Shown here in pieces: positions 45,115 to 61,010 of a stretch of 64,000 nucleotides of DNA. Positions within the stretch are counted from its first letter, which is position 1, and every line of letters starts with the position of its first letter. The notes beneath the pieces are model-generated. The model had not been told where the DNA came from, did no database searches, and worked only from the letters and a program-made list of their open reading frames with translations. Origin of the DNA: Escherichia coli (GTDB lineage Bacteria > Pseudomonadota > Gammaproteobacteria > Enterobacterales > Enterobacteriaceae); the NCBI RefSeq assembly GCF_044324785.1, contig NZ_CP172127.1; one strand, 5' to 3'. The position numbers and the translations under genes are program-made.

Positions 45115-45656
45115 ACAAACTGAAGAAATATCAACGTATCAGGGTGCATACCCTTCTGTTAGGAGGCGTGCTGGTGCTGGCAAGTCATTCAGCTCTGGCT
45201 GCTAATAATCTGCATTTTTACGGCAACCTGATGAGCAAAACCTGTACTCCGGTGGAACAGGCTGGAACGTTGGCAGAGGTGCAGTTTGCGAATATTAGCC
45301 ACAAAGATTTGATGGTGCGCGGTCAGTCCGAGCGTGTACCGGTGGTTTTTCGCCTGAAAGATTGCCGCGGGCCAGCGCAGTACAGCGTAAAAGTTACCCT
45401 GACCGGAACAGAAGACAGTGGACAACCGGGGTTCCTCGCTCTGGATGGTACCTCTGGCGCACAGGGCGTAGGCATTGGTATGGAAACTACTGATGGTACT
45501 GCTGTTGCTATTAATAACACGACGGGGGTGACCTTTGTGCTGAATGATGGCAATAACAGTCTTAATTTCAGAGCATGGTTACAGGCAAAAGAGGGTCGTG
45601 AAGTAACGCCCGGTGATTTTACCGCCCAGTTAACCGCAACGTTTGAGTATATTTAA
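45111..45656 (+). CDS. yfcP: fimbrial subunit-like protein
   Basis: 181-aa secreted ORF; 4-bp overlap with yfcQ. Confidence 0.8.
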   Translation: MNKLKKYQRIRVHTLLLGGVLVLASHSALAANNLHFYGNLMSKTCTPVEQAGTLAEVQFANISHKDLMVRGQSERVPVVFRLKDCRGPAQYSVKVTLTGTEDSGQPGFLALDGTSGAQGVGIGMETTDGTAVAINNTTGVTFVLNDGNNSLNFRAWLQAKEGREVTPGDFTAQLTATFEYI

Positions 45657-46520
45657 ATGAAAAAAATACGCTATTTTTGGGGCTTGCTGATATTGCTCAT
45701 TGTCAGTACCGGAGCACAGGCGTCGGTTTATGTCGCAACAATGTATACACCGGTAGGGTATGCAGGCCACACTACGAAGGTAGTTTATTATCTTGATGTT
45801 CTTACCCCCGATAGCGTCAATCATGGTATTTATGCGACACCCGGTACCTACGGTGCGGTCATGGGGTGGTTAGATTTGCAAAGCTGGACGGGGCCTGGTC
45901 CTGCACCATCATTAAAGGTCATATCGATGACGGAGATATCCAAATCATCTTGCCCGGGGCTTGCAGAGTATGACAATGGTGCACAAAGGACGATCTGGAC
46001 GTGTTATGAGATGCAAATTGAAGTCTGGAAAGAAGACACTAACGTTCATGGCTGCCCGTGGCTGGTATCGACACATGGAGACAGCATTGATCGTCTTGAT
46101 CCCGGTCCGGGAACCTATTCCGGACGCACAGTCAGTAACTCTTCTTGTCCACCTATACCGTTAGGGCCTTATGATGTCTCCTGGAATGAAAGTCGGGTTG
46201 TGCGTGATAAGACGTTAGCGCTCCAGTCTACCGGCGGGATAATTGAAAAAACGCTCTCCACCTACCTGATGAAAGACGGCAAACTGTGTGACGGCAGCAA
46301 ATTTGGTGATACTGACGATCGTGGTGCTTATTGTCGTTGGGTGTCGCAGATGCTCACCTTCACCTCATCGGGCTGTGACAATGCCAAAGTGACGGTAACA
46401 CCAAATCGTCACCCCATTACCGACAAAGAGCTTCATGATATGGTGCTTCGCGTGGATACCACCTCGCGGCAACCTATTGATTCTACCTGTCGATTCCAGT
46501 ACGTACTGAATATGCTGTAG
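45657..46520 (+). CDS. yfcO: fimbrial tip adhesin-like protein (putative)
   Basis: 287-aa secreted, Cys-containing ORF, last gene of the cluster; adhesin role is inferred from position only. Confidence 0.7.
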   Translation: MKKIRYFWGLLILLIVSTGAQASVYVATMYTPVGYAGHTTKVVYYLDVLTPDSVNHGIYATPGTYGAVMGWLDLQSWTGPGPAPSLKVISMTEISKSSCPGLAEYDNGAQRTIWTCYEMQIEVWKEDTNVHGCPWLVSTHGDSIDRLDPGPGTYSGRTVSNSSCPPIPLGPYDVSWNESRVVRDKTLALQSTGGIIEKTLSTYLMKDGKLCDGSKFGDTDDRGAYCRWVSQMLTFTSSGCDNAKVTVTPNRHPITDKELHDMVLRVDTTSRQPIDSTCRFQYVLNML

Positions 46521-46542
46521 TAGCTCGTCGTTGTGCACTGAT

Positions 46543-46644
46543 GCCTGATGCGACGCTGACGCGTCTTATCAGGCCTAAGAAATGAATCACAATTTATTGA
46601 ATTATCACATTTTATCGGCCGGATAAGGCAACGCCGCATCCGGC
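46543..46644. repeat. REP (repetitive extragenic palindromic) elements between yfcO and smrB
   Basis: GCCTGATGCGACGCTGACGCGTCTTATCAGGCC and GCCGGATAAGGCAACGCCGCATCCGGC are typical E. coli REP palindromic units. Confidence 0.8.
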
Positions 46645-46659
46645 ATTCAATGCCAGCAT

Positions 46660-47211
46660 TCACGGTAATTCCGGCGGCAACCACTCATCCACTTCAATCA
46701 ACACCAGCAATGCCGCATCACCACCGTACTCTTTTGGTGCCTGGTGAAATGCCATCACATGCGGATGCTGCGCCAGCCACAGCGGCGTTTGCTGCTTCAA
46801 AATATGCTTCCCATGACCATGCATCACGCAGGCACAAAACACATGTTCGCGGCGGCAGGCAGCAATCAATGCGCCTAATTCCTGCTTGGCTTGCAGCTGC
46901 GTCAAACCGTGCAAATCCAAAAACAGCTCCGGTGAATAATCGCCACGGCGTAACTTCTTCGCCTCAAAATGGCTTACATCCGGGCGAACATATTTCACCG
47001 GACCTTCGGTATTCAATAACGGCTGAAACTCATCGGAAAAATAATGGCTGGCATCAGCCTGCTCCTGAATCAACCGTTTAACCGGCACTTCGCTGACTTT
47101 TTTACGCTGCGGTCGGTGGACAATCGTGTCCTGCTTAATCTTGCGAGTCCCCGCCATCAACTGGCGAAACAGAGCCTGGTCCTCCTCGCTAAGTGTTGTT
47201 TTCTTTTTCAT
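46660..47211 (-). CDS. smrB: ribosome rescue endonuclease SmrB (Smr domain)
   Basis: 183-aa ORF recognised as YfcN/SmrB. Confidence 0.88.
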   Translation of the reverse strand: MKKKTTLSEEDQALFRQLMAGTRKIKQDTIVHRPQRKKVSEVPVKRLIQEQADASHYFSDEFQPLLNTEGPVKYVRPDVSHFEAKKLRRGDYSPELFLDLHGLTQLQAKQELGALIAACRREHVFCACVMHGHGKHILKQQTPLWLAQHPHVMAFHQAPKEYGGDAALLVLIEVDEWLPPELP

Positions 47212-47364
47212 TTATGTGTCTCTATTTCTAATTTTCCTACAGTTTACCCGACTCGTAGCGCAATCGATCGTTTTAAACGTATTTTTCCTCACTCACCGCG
47301 CGTGAATGCTGATTTATCGTCATCTTCATGGCAAACTAGCCGCCGAAATTATTGCGATCATGCC

Positions 47365-48309
47365 CTGGAGGAATACGTGGATAAAATTTTCGTTGATGAA
47401 GCAGTAAATGAGCTGCAAACCATTCAGGACATGTTGCGCTGGTCGGTGAGCCGCTTCAGCGCGGCAAATATCTGGTACGGTCACGGCACCGATAACCCGT
47501 GGGATGAAGCCGTACAGCTGGTGTTGCCTTCGCTCTACCTGCCGCTGGATATTCCGGAAGACATGCGCACCGCGCGTCTGACCTCCAGCGAAAAACACCG
47601 TATTGTTGAGCGCGTGATCCGCCGCGTCAATGAACGCATTCCGGTGGCTTACCTGACTAACAAAGCGTGGTTCTGCGGTCATGAATTTTACGTCGATGAA
47701 CGTGTGCTGGTGCCGCGCTCGCCGATTGGTGAACTGATCAACAATAAATTTGCCGGACTTATCAGCAAGCAACCGCAGCACATTCTGGATATGTGCACCG
47801 GAAGCGGCTGCATTGCGATTGCCTGTGCTTATGCCTTCCCGGAAGCGGAAGTCGACGCGGTAGATATCTCTCCCGACGCGCTGGTGGTGGCTGAACAGAA
47901 CATCGAAGAACACGGTCTGATCCACAACGTCATCCCGATTCGCTCCGATCTGTTCCGTGATTTGCCGAAAGTACAGTACGACCTGATCGTCACTAACCCG
48001 CCGTACGTCGATGCGGAAGATATGTCCGACCTGCCAAATGAATACCGCCACGAGCCGGAACTGGGCCTGGCATCTGGCACCGACGGCCTGAAACTGACGC
48101 GTCGCATTCTCGGTAACGCGGCAGATTACCTCGCTGATGATGGCGTGCTGATTTGTGAAGTGGGCAACAGCATGGTACATCTTATGGAACAATATCCGGA
48201 TGTTCCGTTCACCTGGCTGGAGTTTGATAACGGCGGCGATGGTGTGTTTATGCTCACCAAAGAGCAACTGCTGGCGGCCCGTGAACATTTCGCGATTTAT
48301 AAAGATTAA
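47365..48309 (+). CDS. prmB: ribosomal protein uL3 glutamine N5-methyltransferase
   Basis: Track ORF 47044-48309 contains PrmB; probable GTG start at 47365 ([14 protein letters not shown]...); methyltransferase motif (D)VTNPPY present; exact start uncertain. Confidence 0.88.
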   Translation: MEEYVDKIFVDEAVNELQTIQDMLRWSVSRFSAANIWYGHGTDNPWDEAVQLVLPSLYLPLDIPEDMRTARLTSSEKHRIVERVIRRVNERIPVAYLTNKAWFCGHEFYVDERVLVPRSPIGELINNKFAGLISKQPQHILDMCTGSGCIAIACAYAFPEAEVDAVDISPDALVVAEQNIEEHGLIHNVIPIRSDLFRDLPKVQYDLIVTNPPYVDAEDMSDLPNEYRHEPELGLASGTDGLKLTRRILGNAADYLADDGVLICEVGNSMVHLMEQYPDVPFTWLEFDNGGDGVFMLTKEQLLAAREHFAIYKD

Positions 48310-48343
48310 GTAAACACGCAAACACAACAATAACGGAGCCGTG

Positions 48344-49429
48344 ATGGCTGGAAACACAATTGGACAACTCTTTCGCGTAACCACCTTCGGCGAATCGCAC
48401 GGGCTGGCGCTCGGCTGCATCGTCGATGGTGTTCCGCCAGGCATTCCGCTCACGGAAGCGGACCTGCAACATGACCTCGACCGTCGTCGCCCTGGGACAT
48501 CGCGCTATACCACCCAGCGCCGCGAGCCGGATCAGGTCAAAATACTCTCCGGTGTTTTTGAAGGTGTTACTACTGGTACCAGCATTGGCTTGTTGATCGA
48601 AAATACCGACCAGCGTTCTCAGGATTACAGCGCCATTAAAGACGTTTTCCGTCCAGGCCATGCCGATTACACCTACGAACAAAAATACGGCCTGCGAGAT
48701 TATCGCGGCGGTGGACGTTCTTCCGCCCGCGAAACCGCCATGCGCGTGGCGGCGGGGGCGATTGCCAAAAAATATCTCGCCGAGAAATTTGGCATTGAGA
48801 TTCGCGGCTGCCTGACCCAGATGGGCGACATTCCGCTGGAAATCAAAGACTGGTCGCAGGTCGAGCAAAATCCATTCTTCTGCCCGGACCCGGACAAAAT
48901 CGACGCGTTAGATGAACTGATGCGCGCGCTGAAAAAAGAGGGCGACTCCATCGGTGCGAAAGTCACCGTTGTTGCCAGTGGCGTCCCCGCCGGACTTGGC
49001 GAGCCGGTCTTTGACCGCCTGGATGCCGACATCGCCCATGCGCTGATGAGCATCAATGCGGTGAAAGGCGTGGAAATTGGTGATGGTTTTGACGTGGTGG
49101 CGCTGCGCGGCAGCCAGAATCGCGACGAAATCACCAAAGACGGTTTCCAGAGCAACCACGCAGGCGGCATTCTCGGCGGTATCAGCAGCGGGCAGCAAAT
49201 CATTGCTCATATGGCGCTGAAACCGACCTCCAGCATTACCGTGCCGGGGCGTACCATTAACCGCTTTGGCGAAGAAGTTGAGATGATCACCAAAGGCCGT
49301 CACGATCCTTGTGTCGGGATCCGCGCGGTGCCGATCGCTGAAGCGATGCTGGCGATCGTTTTAATGGATCACCTGCTACGGCAGCGGGCGCAAAATGCCG
49401 ATGTGAAGACTGATATTCCACGCTGGTAA
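48344..49429 (+). CDS. aroC: chorismate synthase
   Basis: [23 protein letters not shown]... recognised as AroC (361 aa from the second Met). Confidence 0.95.
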   Translation: MAGNTIGQLFRVTTFGESHGLALGCIVDGVPPGIPLTEADLQHDLDRRRPGTSRYTTQRREPDQVKILSGVFEGVTTGTSIGLLIENTDQRSQDYSAIKDVFRPGHADYTYEQKYGLRDYRGGGRSSARETAMRVAAGAIAKKYLAEKFGIEIRGCLTQMGDIPLEIKDWSQVEQNPFFCPDPDKIDALDELMRALKKEGDSIGAKVTVVASGVPAGLGEPVFDRLDADIAHALMSINAVKGVEIGDGFDVVALRGSQNRDEITKDGFQSNHAGGILGGISSGQQIIAHMALKPTSSITVPGRTINRFGEEVEMITKGRHDPCVGIRAVPIAEAMLAIVLMDHLLRQRAQNADVKTDIPRW

Positions 49430-49432
49430 AAA

Positions 49433-50257
49433 ATGAACAAAACCGCGATTGCGCTGCTGGCCCTGCTTGCCAGTAGCGCCAGCCTGGCAGCGACGCCGTG
49501 GCAAAAAATAACCCAACCTGTGCTGGGTAGCGCACAATCGATAGGCAGTTTTTCTAATGGTTGTATCGTCGGCGCTGACACGCTGCCGATACAGTCCGAA
49601 CATTATCAGGTCATGCGTACCGATCAGCGTCGCTATTTCGGACACCCGGATCTGGTGATGTTTATCCAGCGTCTGAGTAGCCAGGTGAGCAATCTGGGCA
49701 TGGGGACGGTGCTGATTGGCGATATGGGGATGCCTGCTGGTGGGCGTTTCAACGGCGGTCACGCCAGCCACCAGACCGGACTGGATGTCGATATCTTCCT
49801 GCAACTGCCAAAAACACGCTGGACCTCCGCGCAGCTATTGCGCCCACAAGCGTTAGATTTAGTTTCCCGCGACGGTAAACACGTTGTCTCCACGCTGTGG
49901 AAGCCGGAAATTTTCAGCTTGATCAAACTCGCCGCCCAGGACAAAGACGTCACGCGCATTTTTGTTAATCCGGCGATTAAACAACAACTTTGCCTTGATG
50001 CGGGCACCGATCGCGACTGGTTGCGCAAAGTGCGACCCTGGTTCCAGCATCGTGCGCATATGCATGTACGATTACGTTGTCCTGCCGATAGTCTGGAGTG
50101 TGAAGATCAACCTTTACCGCCACCGGGCGATGGTTGCGGGGCAGAACTGCAAAGCTGGTTTGAACCTCCAAAACCGGGAACAACAAAGCCTGAGAAGAAG
50201 ACACCGCCTCCGTTGCCGCCTTCCTGCCAGGCGCTACTGGATGAGCACGTGATCTAA
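49433..50257 (+). CDS. mepA: penicillin-insensitive murein DD-endopeptidase
   Basis: 274-aa ORF with signal peptide; recognised as MepA. Confidence 0.93.
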   Translation: MNKTAIALLALLASSASLAATPWQKITQPVLGSAQSIGSFSNGCIVGADTLPIQSEHYQVMRTDQRRYFGHPDLVMFIQRLSSQVSNLGMGTVLIGDMGMPAGGRFNGGHASHQTGLDVDIFLQLPKTRWTSAQLLRPQALDLVSRDGKHVVSTLWKPEIFSLIKLAAQDKDVTRIFVNPAIKQQLCLDAGTDRDWLRKVRPWFQHRAHMHVRLRCPADSLECEDQPLPPPGDGCGAELQSWFEPPKPGTTKPEKKTPPPLPPSCQALLDEHVI

Positions 50258-51066
50258 TGGAAACGTTTAATAGCCTGTTTATGGTTTCCCCGCTGTTGCT
50301 GGGAGTTCTCTTTTTTGTCGCCATGCTGGCGGGATTTATCGACTCGATTGCCGGTGGCGGTGGGTTACTCACTATTCCGGCATTGATGGCGGCGGGGATG
50401 TCTCCCGCTAACGCGCTGGCAACCAATAAACTGCAAGCCTGCGGCGGCTCTATTTCTGCCACTATCTACTTTATTCGCCGCAAAGTGGTTAGTTTAAGCG
50501 ATCAGAAACTCAATATCGCCATGACCTTTGTCGGCTCAATGAGCGGCGCATTGCTGGTGCAATACGTTCAGGCTGATGTCTTACGGCAGATTTTGCCCAT
50601 TCTGGTGATTTGTATCGGCCTCTATTTCTTGCTGATGCCAAAGCTGGGTGAAGAAGATCGCCAGCGCCGGATGTACGGTTTACCCTTCGCGTTAATTGCC
50701 GGTGGCTGCGTCGGTTTTTATGACGGATTCTTTGGCCCGGCTGCCGGATCGTTTTACGCGCTGGCCTTCGTTACGCTGTGCGGATTCAACCTCGCCAAAG
50801 CCACGGCTCATGCCAAATTACTCAACGCAACGTCAAACATTGGCGGTCTGCTGCTGTTTATTCTCGGTGGCAAAGTGATTTGGGCGACGGGCTTTGTCAT
50901 GCTGGTGGGGCAATTCCTCGGCGCGCGCATGGGTTCACGACTGGTGTTGAGCAAAGGACAAAAGCTGATCCGCCCGATGATCGTTATTGTCTCAGCGGTG
51001 ATGAGTGCAAAATTACTTTACGATAGCCACGGACAGGAGATCCTCCACTGGTTGGGGATGAACTAA
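50257..51066 (+). CDS. yfcA: TSUP/TauE-family inner membrane protein
   Basis: 269-aa polytopic ORF; start overlaps the mepA stop. Confidence 0.88.
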   Translation: METFNSLFMVSPLLLGVLFFVAMLAGFIDSIAGGGGLLTIPALMAAGMSPANALATNKLQACGGSISATIYFIRRKVVSLSDQKLNIAMTFVGSMSGALLVQYVQADVLRQILPILVICIGLYFLLMPKLGEEDRQRRMYGLPFALIAGGCVGFYDGFFGPAAGSFYALAFVTLCGFNLAKATAHAKLLNATSNIGGLLLFILGGKVIWATGFVMLVGQFLGARMGSRLVLSKGQKLIRPMIVIVSAVMSAKLLYDSHGQEILHWLGMN

Positions 51067-51614
51067 TGAACAGTACACACCACTATGAGCAGTTGATTGA
51101 GATTTTTAATAGCTGCTTTGCCGATGAATTTAATACCCGTCTGATTAAAGGCGACGACGAACCGATCTATCTTCCTGCTGATGCGGAAGTACCGTATAAC
51201 CGAATCGTCTTTGCTCATGGCTTTTATGCCAGCGCAATTCATGAGATTTCGCACTGGTGTATTGCCGGGAAAGCGCGTCGTGAGCAGATTGATTTCGGGT
51301 ACTGGTATTGCCCGGACGGACGCGATGCCCAGACGCAAAGCCAGTTTGAAGATGTTGAAGTGAAGCCGCAGGCGCTCGACTGGTTGTTCTGTGTGGCGGC
51401 GGGATATCCGTTTAACGTCAGTTGCGACAATCTGGAAGGGGATTTCGAACCGGATCGCGTGGTGTTTCAACGGCGGGTATATGCGCAGGTGATGGATTAT
51501 CTGGAAAACGGCATTCCTGAACGCCCGGCACGCTTCATTAAAGCATTACAAAATTATTATCACACGCCGGAAATTACGGCGGAACAGTTCCCGTGGCCGG
51601 AAGCGCTCAACTGA
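51066..51614 (+). CDS. epmC: elongation factor P hydroxylase
   Basis: 182-aa ORF recognised as YfcM/EpmC. Confidence 0.9.
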   Translation: MNSTHHYEQLIEIFNSCFADEFNTRLIKGDDEPIYLPADAEVPYNRIVFAHGFYASAIHEISHWCIAGKARREQIDFGYWYCPDGRDAQTQSQFEDVEVKPQALDWLFCVAAGYPFNVSCDNLEGDFEPDRVVFQRRVYAQVMDYLENGIPERPARFIKALQNYYHTPEITAEQFPWPEALN

Positions 51615-51647
51615 AGCCGGCGCCACGTTTTACAATGAGGAAAGAAG

Positions 51648-51926
51648 ATGATCGCGGAGTTTGAATCACGCATTCTGGCATTAATCGACGGTATGGTTGA
51701 CCATGCCAGTGATGATGAGTTGTTTGCCAGTGGGTATTTGCGTGGCCACCTGACATTAGCCATCGCAGAACTGGAAAGTGGTGATGACCACTCCGCTCAG
51801 GCGGTACATACAACCGTTAGCCAGAGTCTGGAAAAAGCCATTGGTGCCGGTGAGTTGTCGCCGCGTGACCAGGCGCTGGTGACCGATATGTGGGAAAACC
51901 TGTTTCAGCAGGCGTCACAGCAGTAA
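51648..51926 (+). CDS. yfcL: uncharacterised protein YfcL
   Basis: 92-aa ORF in the conserved position after epmC. Confidence 0.85.
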
Positions 51927-51932
51927 GTAATG

Positions 51933-51964
51933 TGCCGGATAAGGCGTTCACGCCATATCCGGCA
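51933..51964. repeat. REP element between convergent yfcL and mnmC
   Basis: TGCCGGATAAGGCGTTCACGCCATATCCGGCA, a canonical REP palindrome. Confidence 0.8.
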
Positions 51965-51981
51965 AGCAATGCCAGAGCAGA

Positions 51982-54054
<2,073 letters not shown>

Positions 54055-54146
54055 CTATTAATTGGCTGATCGGACTTGTTCGGCGTACAAGTGTACGCTA
54101 TTGTGCATTCGAAACTTACTCTATGTGCGACTTACAGAGGTATTGA

Positions 54147-55367
54147 ATGAAACGTGCAGTGATTACTGGCCTGGGCATTGTTTCCAGCATCGGTAATAAC
54201 CAGCAGGAAGTCCTGGCATCTCTGCGTGAAGGACGTTCAGGGATCACTTTCTCTCAGGAGCTGAAGGATTCCGGCATGCGTAGCCACGTCTGGGGCAACG
54301 TAAAACTGGATACCACTGGCCTCATTGACCGCAAAGTTGTGCGCTTTATGAGCGACGCATCCATTTATGCATTCCTTTCTATGGAGCAGGCAATTGCAGA
54401 TGCTGGCCTCTCCCCGGAAGCTTACCAGAATAACCCGCGCGTTGGCCTGATTGCAGGTTCCGGCGGCGGTTCCCCGCGTTTCCAGGTTTTCGGCGCTGAC
54501 GCAATGCGCGGCCCGCGCGGCCTGAAAGCGGTTGGCCCGTATGTGGTCACCAAAGCGATGGCATCTGGCGTTTCTGCCTGCCTCGCCACGCCGTTTAAAA
54601 TTCACGGCGTTAACTACTCCATCAGCTCCGCGTGTGCGACCTCCGCACACTGTATCGGTAACGCAGTAGAGCAGATCCAACTGGGCAAACAGGACATCGT
54701 GTTTGCTGGTGGCGGCGAAGAATTGTGCTGGGAAATGGCTTGCGAATTCGACGCAATGGGCGCGCTGTCTACCAAATACAACGACACCCCGGAAAAAGCC
54801 TCCCGTACTTATGACGCTCACCGTGACGGTTTCGTTATCGCTGGCGGCGGCGGTATGGTGGTGGTCGAAGAACTGGAACACGCGTTGGCGCGTGGTGCTC
54901 ATATCTACGCTGAAATCGTTGGCTACGGCGCAACGTCTGATGGCGCAGACATGGTTGCTCCGTCTGGCGAAGGCGCAGTGCGTTGCATGAAGATGGCGAT
55001 GCACGGTGTTGATACCCCAATCGACTACCTGAACTCCCACGGTACTTCGACTCCGGTTGGCGACGTGAAAGAGCTGGCGGCTATCCGTGAAGTGTTCGGC
55101 GATAAGAGCCCGGCGATTTCTGCAACCAAAGCCATGACCGGTCACTCTCTGGGCGCTGCTGGCGTACAGGAAGCTATCTACTCTCTGCTGATGCTGGAAC
55201 ACGGCTTTATCGCCCCGAGCATCAACATTGAAGAGCTGGACGAGCAGGCTGCGGGTCTGAACATCGTGACCGAAACGACCGATCGCGAACTGACCACCGT
55301 GATGTCTAACAGCTTCGGCTTCGGCGGCACCAACGCCACGCTGGTAATGCGTAAGCTGAAAGATTAA
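54147..55367 (+). CDS. fabB: 3-oxoacyl-ACP synthase I
   Basis: 406-aa [25 protein letters not shown]... recognised as FabB. Confidence 0.96.
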
Positions 55368-55375
55368 TTCGGAGT

Positions 55376-55410
55376 AGGTCGGATAGGACGCGTCAGCGTC
55401 GCATCCGACG
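55376..55410. repeat. REP-like palindromic element downstream of fabB
   Basis: AGGTCGGATAGGACGCGTCAGCGTCGCATCCGACG, similar to the REP unit at 46543. Confidence 0.65.
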
Positions 55411-55445
55411 ATATGCGGCAATGCTGCCTCCGGTACTAAAGAATA

Positions 55446-55472
55446 AGGGAACCTGATGGTTCCCTTTTTCAC
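55446..55472 (+). terminator. intrinsic terminator downstream of fabB
   Basis: AGGGAACC-TGAT-GGTTCCCT followed by TTTTTC. Confidence 0.85.
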
Positions 55473-55628
55473 ATTATTGACAATCGCCGCCTGTTCCAGG
55501 CAAACTTCCCGCTTTGTCGATTTCCTTCTGAAAAGACGTACGCGTTAAATCCTGCCAACGCACCGTAACCCTGAAACCAGAGAGATGAGACGGGGATACT
55601 CCTCGCCTTGCGCTGCATTCTGGAGTAA

Positions 55629-57802
<2,174 letters not shown>

Positions 57803-57900
57803 TACGTATCCTTATACCTGAAATCTTCGCAAGTATGCCTGGCCGCGAGATTATGGCACACTTGTCCGGTTAACTCTCGTCTCATACAGGTAACACAAAC

Positions 57901-59037
57901 GTGAAAATCCTTGTTGATGAAAATATGCCTTATGCCCGCGACTTATTTAGCCGTTTGGGTGAGGTGACCGCGGTTCCCGGGCGTCCAATCCCCGTCGCTC
58001 AACTGGCAGACGCGGATGCGCTGATGGTGCGTTCGGTCACGAAAGTGAATGAATCTTTGCTGGCAGGAAAACCCATTAAATTTGTTGGCACTGCCACCGC
58101 GGGGACCGACCATGTCGATGAAGCGTGGTTAAAGCAGGCGGGAATTGGTTTTTCCGCGGCACCTGGCTGTAATGCGATTGCGGTGGTGGAATATGTTTTC
58201 TCCTCACTGCTGATGCTTGCCGAACGCGATGGATTTTCACTGCACGAGCGTACCGTGGGGATCGTGGGCGTTGGTAACGTTGGTCGCCGTTTACAGGCGC
58301 GACTGGAAGCGTTAGGGATTACAACCTTGCTTTGCGATCCGCCTCGCGCCGACCGTGGGGATGAGGGGGATTTCCGCTCGCTGGATGAATTAGTTCAGCA
58401 TGCGGATATTCTGACTTTCCATACGCCACTCTTTAAAGATGGTCCGTACAAAACGCTGCATCTGGCGGATGAAAAACTGATCCGCAACCTGAAACCGGGA
58501 GCGATCCTGATTAACGCCTGCCGTGGCGCAGTCGTCGATAATACCGCCCTGCTGACCTGCCTGAACGAAGGCCAGAAGTTAAGCGTAGTGCTGGATGTCT
58601 GGGAAGGCGAACCGGAACTTAACGTGGAATTGCTGAAAAAAGTGGATATCGGCACGCCGCATATCGCAGGCTATACCCTGGAAGGTAAAGCACGCGGAAC
58701 TACGCAAGTGTTTGAAGCTTATAGCAAGTTTATTGGGCATGAACAACACGTTGCGCTGGATACGTTGCTGCCCGCGCCAGAGTTTGGCCGCATTACGCTG
58801 CATGGTCCGCTCGATCAACCGACGCTGAAAAGGCTGGTGCATTTGGTGTATGATGTGCGCCGCGATGACGCACCGCTGCGTAAAGTCGCCGGAATACCGG
58901 GTGAGTTCGATAAGCTGCGCAAAAACTATCTTGAGCGCCGTGAATGGTCATCTCTGTATGTAATTTGTGATGACGCCAGCGCGGCATCATTGCTGTGTAA
59001 ACTGGGTTTTAACGCCGTTCATCATCCGGCACGTTAA
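57901..59037 (+). CDS. pdxB: erythronate-4-phosphate dehydrogenase
   Basis: 378-aa [25 protein letters not shown]... recognised as PdxB. Confidence 0.95.
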   Translation: MKILVDENMPYARDLFSRLGEVTAVPGRPIPVAQLADADALMVRSVTKVNESLLAGKPIKFVGTATAGTDHVDEAWLKQAGIGFSAAPGCNAIAVVEYVFSSLLMLAERDGFSLHERTVGIVGVGNVGRRLQARLEALGITTLLCDPPRADRGDEGDFRSLDELVQHADILTFHTPLFKDGPYKTLHLADEKLIRNLKPGAILINACRGAVVDNTALLTCLNEGQKLSVVLDVWEGEPELNVELLKKVDIGTPHIAGYTLEGKARGTTQVFEAYSKFIGHEQHVALDTLLPAPEFGRITLHGPLDQPTLKRLVHLVYDVRRDDAPLRKVAGIPGEFDKLRKNYLERREWSSLYVICDDASAASLLCKLGFNAVHHPAR

Positions 59038-59102
59038 TCTCTTCTTCATGCTCTCTGCTGTAATATTGGCAGGGAGCTTTGCTATTTCTGGAGTAAACCA
59101 CC

Positions 59103-60116
59103 ATGTCTGAAGGCTGGAACATTGCCGTCCTGGGCGCAACTGGCGCTGTGGGCGAAGCCCTGCTTGAAACGCTGGCTGAACGTCAGTTCCCGGTTGGGGA
59201 AATTTATGCACTGGCACGTAACGAAAGCGCAGGCGAACAACTGCGCTTTGGTGGTAAGACAATCACCGTGCAGGATGCCGCTGAATTCGACTGGACGCAG
59301 GCGCAGCTGGCGTTTTTTGTCGCAGGCAAAGAAGCTACCGCTGCCTGGGTTGAAGAAGCGACCAACTCAGGTTGCCTGGTGATCGACAGCAGCGGATTGT
59401 TTGCTCTCGAACCTGACGTACCGCTGGTGGTGCCGGAAGTAAACCCGTTTGTACTGACCGATTACCGCAACCGGAATGTCATCGCCGTACCGGACAGTCT
59501 GACCAGCCAGCTGCTGGCGGCACTGAAACCGTTAATCGATCAGGGCGGTTTGTCGCGTATCAGCGTTACCAGCCTGATTTCAGCCTCCGCCCAGGGCAAA
59601 AAAGCGGTCGATGCGTTAGCGGGGCAGAGTGCGAAATTGCTCAACGGCATTCCGATTGACGAAGAAGATTTCTTCGGGCGTCAGCTGGCGTTCAACATGC
59701 TGCCGTTACTGCTGGATAGCGAAGGTAGCGTGCGTGAAGAACGTCGTATCGTTGACGAAGTACGCAAAATCCTGCAGGACGAAGGGCTGATGATTTCGGC
59801 AAGCGTCGTCCAGGCACCGGTATTCTACGGTCATGCCCAGATGGTCAACTTTGAAGCACTGCGTCCGCTGGCAGCAGAAGAAGCGCGTGATGCGTTTGCT
59901 CAGGGCGAAGATATTGTGCTCTCTGAAGAGAACGAATTCCCGACTCAGGTGGGGGATGCTTCTGGTACGCCGCATCTTTCCGTTGGCTGCGTACGTAATG
60001 ACTACGGTATGCCGGAGCAAGTTCAGTTCTGGTCGGTGGCCGATAACGTTCGCTTTGGCGGCGCGCTGATGGCAGTAAAAATCGCCGAGAAACTGGTGCA
60101 GGAGTATCTGTACTAA
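59103..60116 (+). CDS. usg: aspartate-semialdehyde dehydrogenase paralog USG-1
   Basis: 337-aa ORF with NAD-binding GATGAVG motif; upstream partner of truA. Confidence 0.92.
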   Translation: MSEGWNIAVLGATGAVGEALLETLAERQFPVGEIYALARNESAGEQLRFGGKTITVQDAAEFDWTQAQLAFFVAGKEATAAWVEEATNSGCLVIDSSGLFALEPDVPLVVPEVNPFVLTDYRNRNVIAVPDSLTSQLLAALKPLIDQGGLSRISVTSLISASAQGKKAVDALAGQSAKLLNGIPIDEEDFFGRQLAFNMLPLLLDSEGSVREERRIVDEVRKILQDEGLMISASVVQAPVFYGHAQMVNFEALRPLAAEEARDAFAQGEDIVLSEENEFPTQVGDASGTPHLSVGCVRNDYGMPEQVQFWSVADNVRFGGALMAVKIAEKLVQEYLY

Positions 60117-60928
60117 TGTCCGACCAGCAACAACCGCCAGTTTATAAAATTGCGCTGGGCATTGAGTACGACGGCAGTAAGTATTACGGCTGGCAACGGC
60201 AGAACGAAGTCCGCAGTGTGCAGGAGAAGCTGGAAAAGGCGCTCTCCCAGGTGGCGAACGAACCGATCACCGTCTTCTGCGCCGGGCGTACTGACGCAGG
60301 TGTACACGGCACCGGGCAGGTTGTGCATTTCGAAACGACCGCGCAGCGCAAAGACGCTGCGTGGACGTTGGGCGTAAATGCGAATTTACCTGGTGACATC
60401 GCCGTGCGTTGGGTTAAAGCTGTACCTGATGATTTTCATGCCCGATTTAGCGCCACGGCTCGCCGTTATCGCTACATCATCTACAATCATCGGCTGCGCC
60501 CGGCGGTACTGAGTAAAGGGGTAACCCATTTTTACGAACCGCTGGACGCTGAACGGATGCATCGGGCTGCGCAATGCTTGCTGGGCGAGAATGATTTCAC
60601 CTCGTTCCGTGCGGTGCAGTGCCAGTCCCGAACCCCGTGGCGCAACGTTATGCATATTAATGTCACGCGTCACGGTCCTTATGTGGTGGTAGATATCAAA
60701 GCGAATGCTTTTGTACATCATATGGTGAGGAATATTGTCGGCAGCCTGATGGAAGTCGGTGCCCACAACCAGCCGGAGAGCTGGATAGCAGAGTTGCTGG
60801 CGGCAAAGGACAGAACGCTGGCGGCAGCAACGGCAAAAGCGGAAGGGCTGTATCTGGTCGCGGTGGATTACCCTGACCGGTTTGATCTTCCAAAACCGCC
60901 AATGGGCCCGCTATTTCTGGCGGACTAA
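60116..60928 (+). CDS. truA: tRNA pseudouridine(38-40) synthase
   Basis: 270-aa ORF recognised as TruA; start overlaps the usg stop. Confidence 0.95.
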   Translation: MSDQQQPPVYKIALGIEYDGSKYYGWQRQNEVRSVQEKLEKALSQVANEPITVFCAGRTDAGVHGTGQVVHFETTAQRKDAAWTLGVNANLPGDIAVRWVKAVPDDFHARFSATARRYRYIIYNHRLRPAVLSKGVTHFYEPLDAERMHRAAQCLLGENDFTSFRAVQCQSRTPWRNVMHINVTRHGPYVVVDIKANAFVHHMVRNIVGSLMEVGAHNQPESWIAELLAAKDRTLAAATAKAEGLYLVAVDYPDRFDLPKPPMGPLFLAD

Positions 60929-61010
60929 CAAGAATAATGCTCGGAACATTTCAGGCTGTAGCCAACGTAGTTACAGCCTGAAAGATGACGAGTACAAGGC
61001 ATAGGCTAAT

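Noticed and set aside
47326-48453. 375-aa minus-strand ORF
   Set aside because: Lies antisense across prmB and the aroC start, which are confidently identified on the plus strand; no recognisable protein features; typical long antisense ORF in GC-rich coding DNA.
54237-55472. 411-aa minus-strand ORF
   Set aside because: Entirely antisense to fabB, an unambiguous essential gene; low-complexity Arg/Ala/Gly-rich translation typical of antisense frames.
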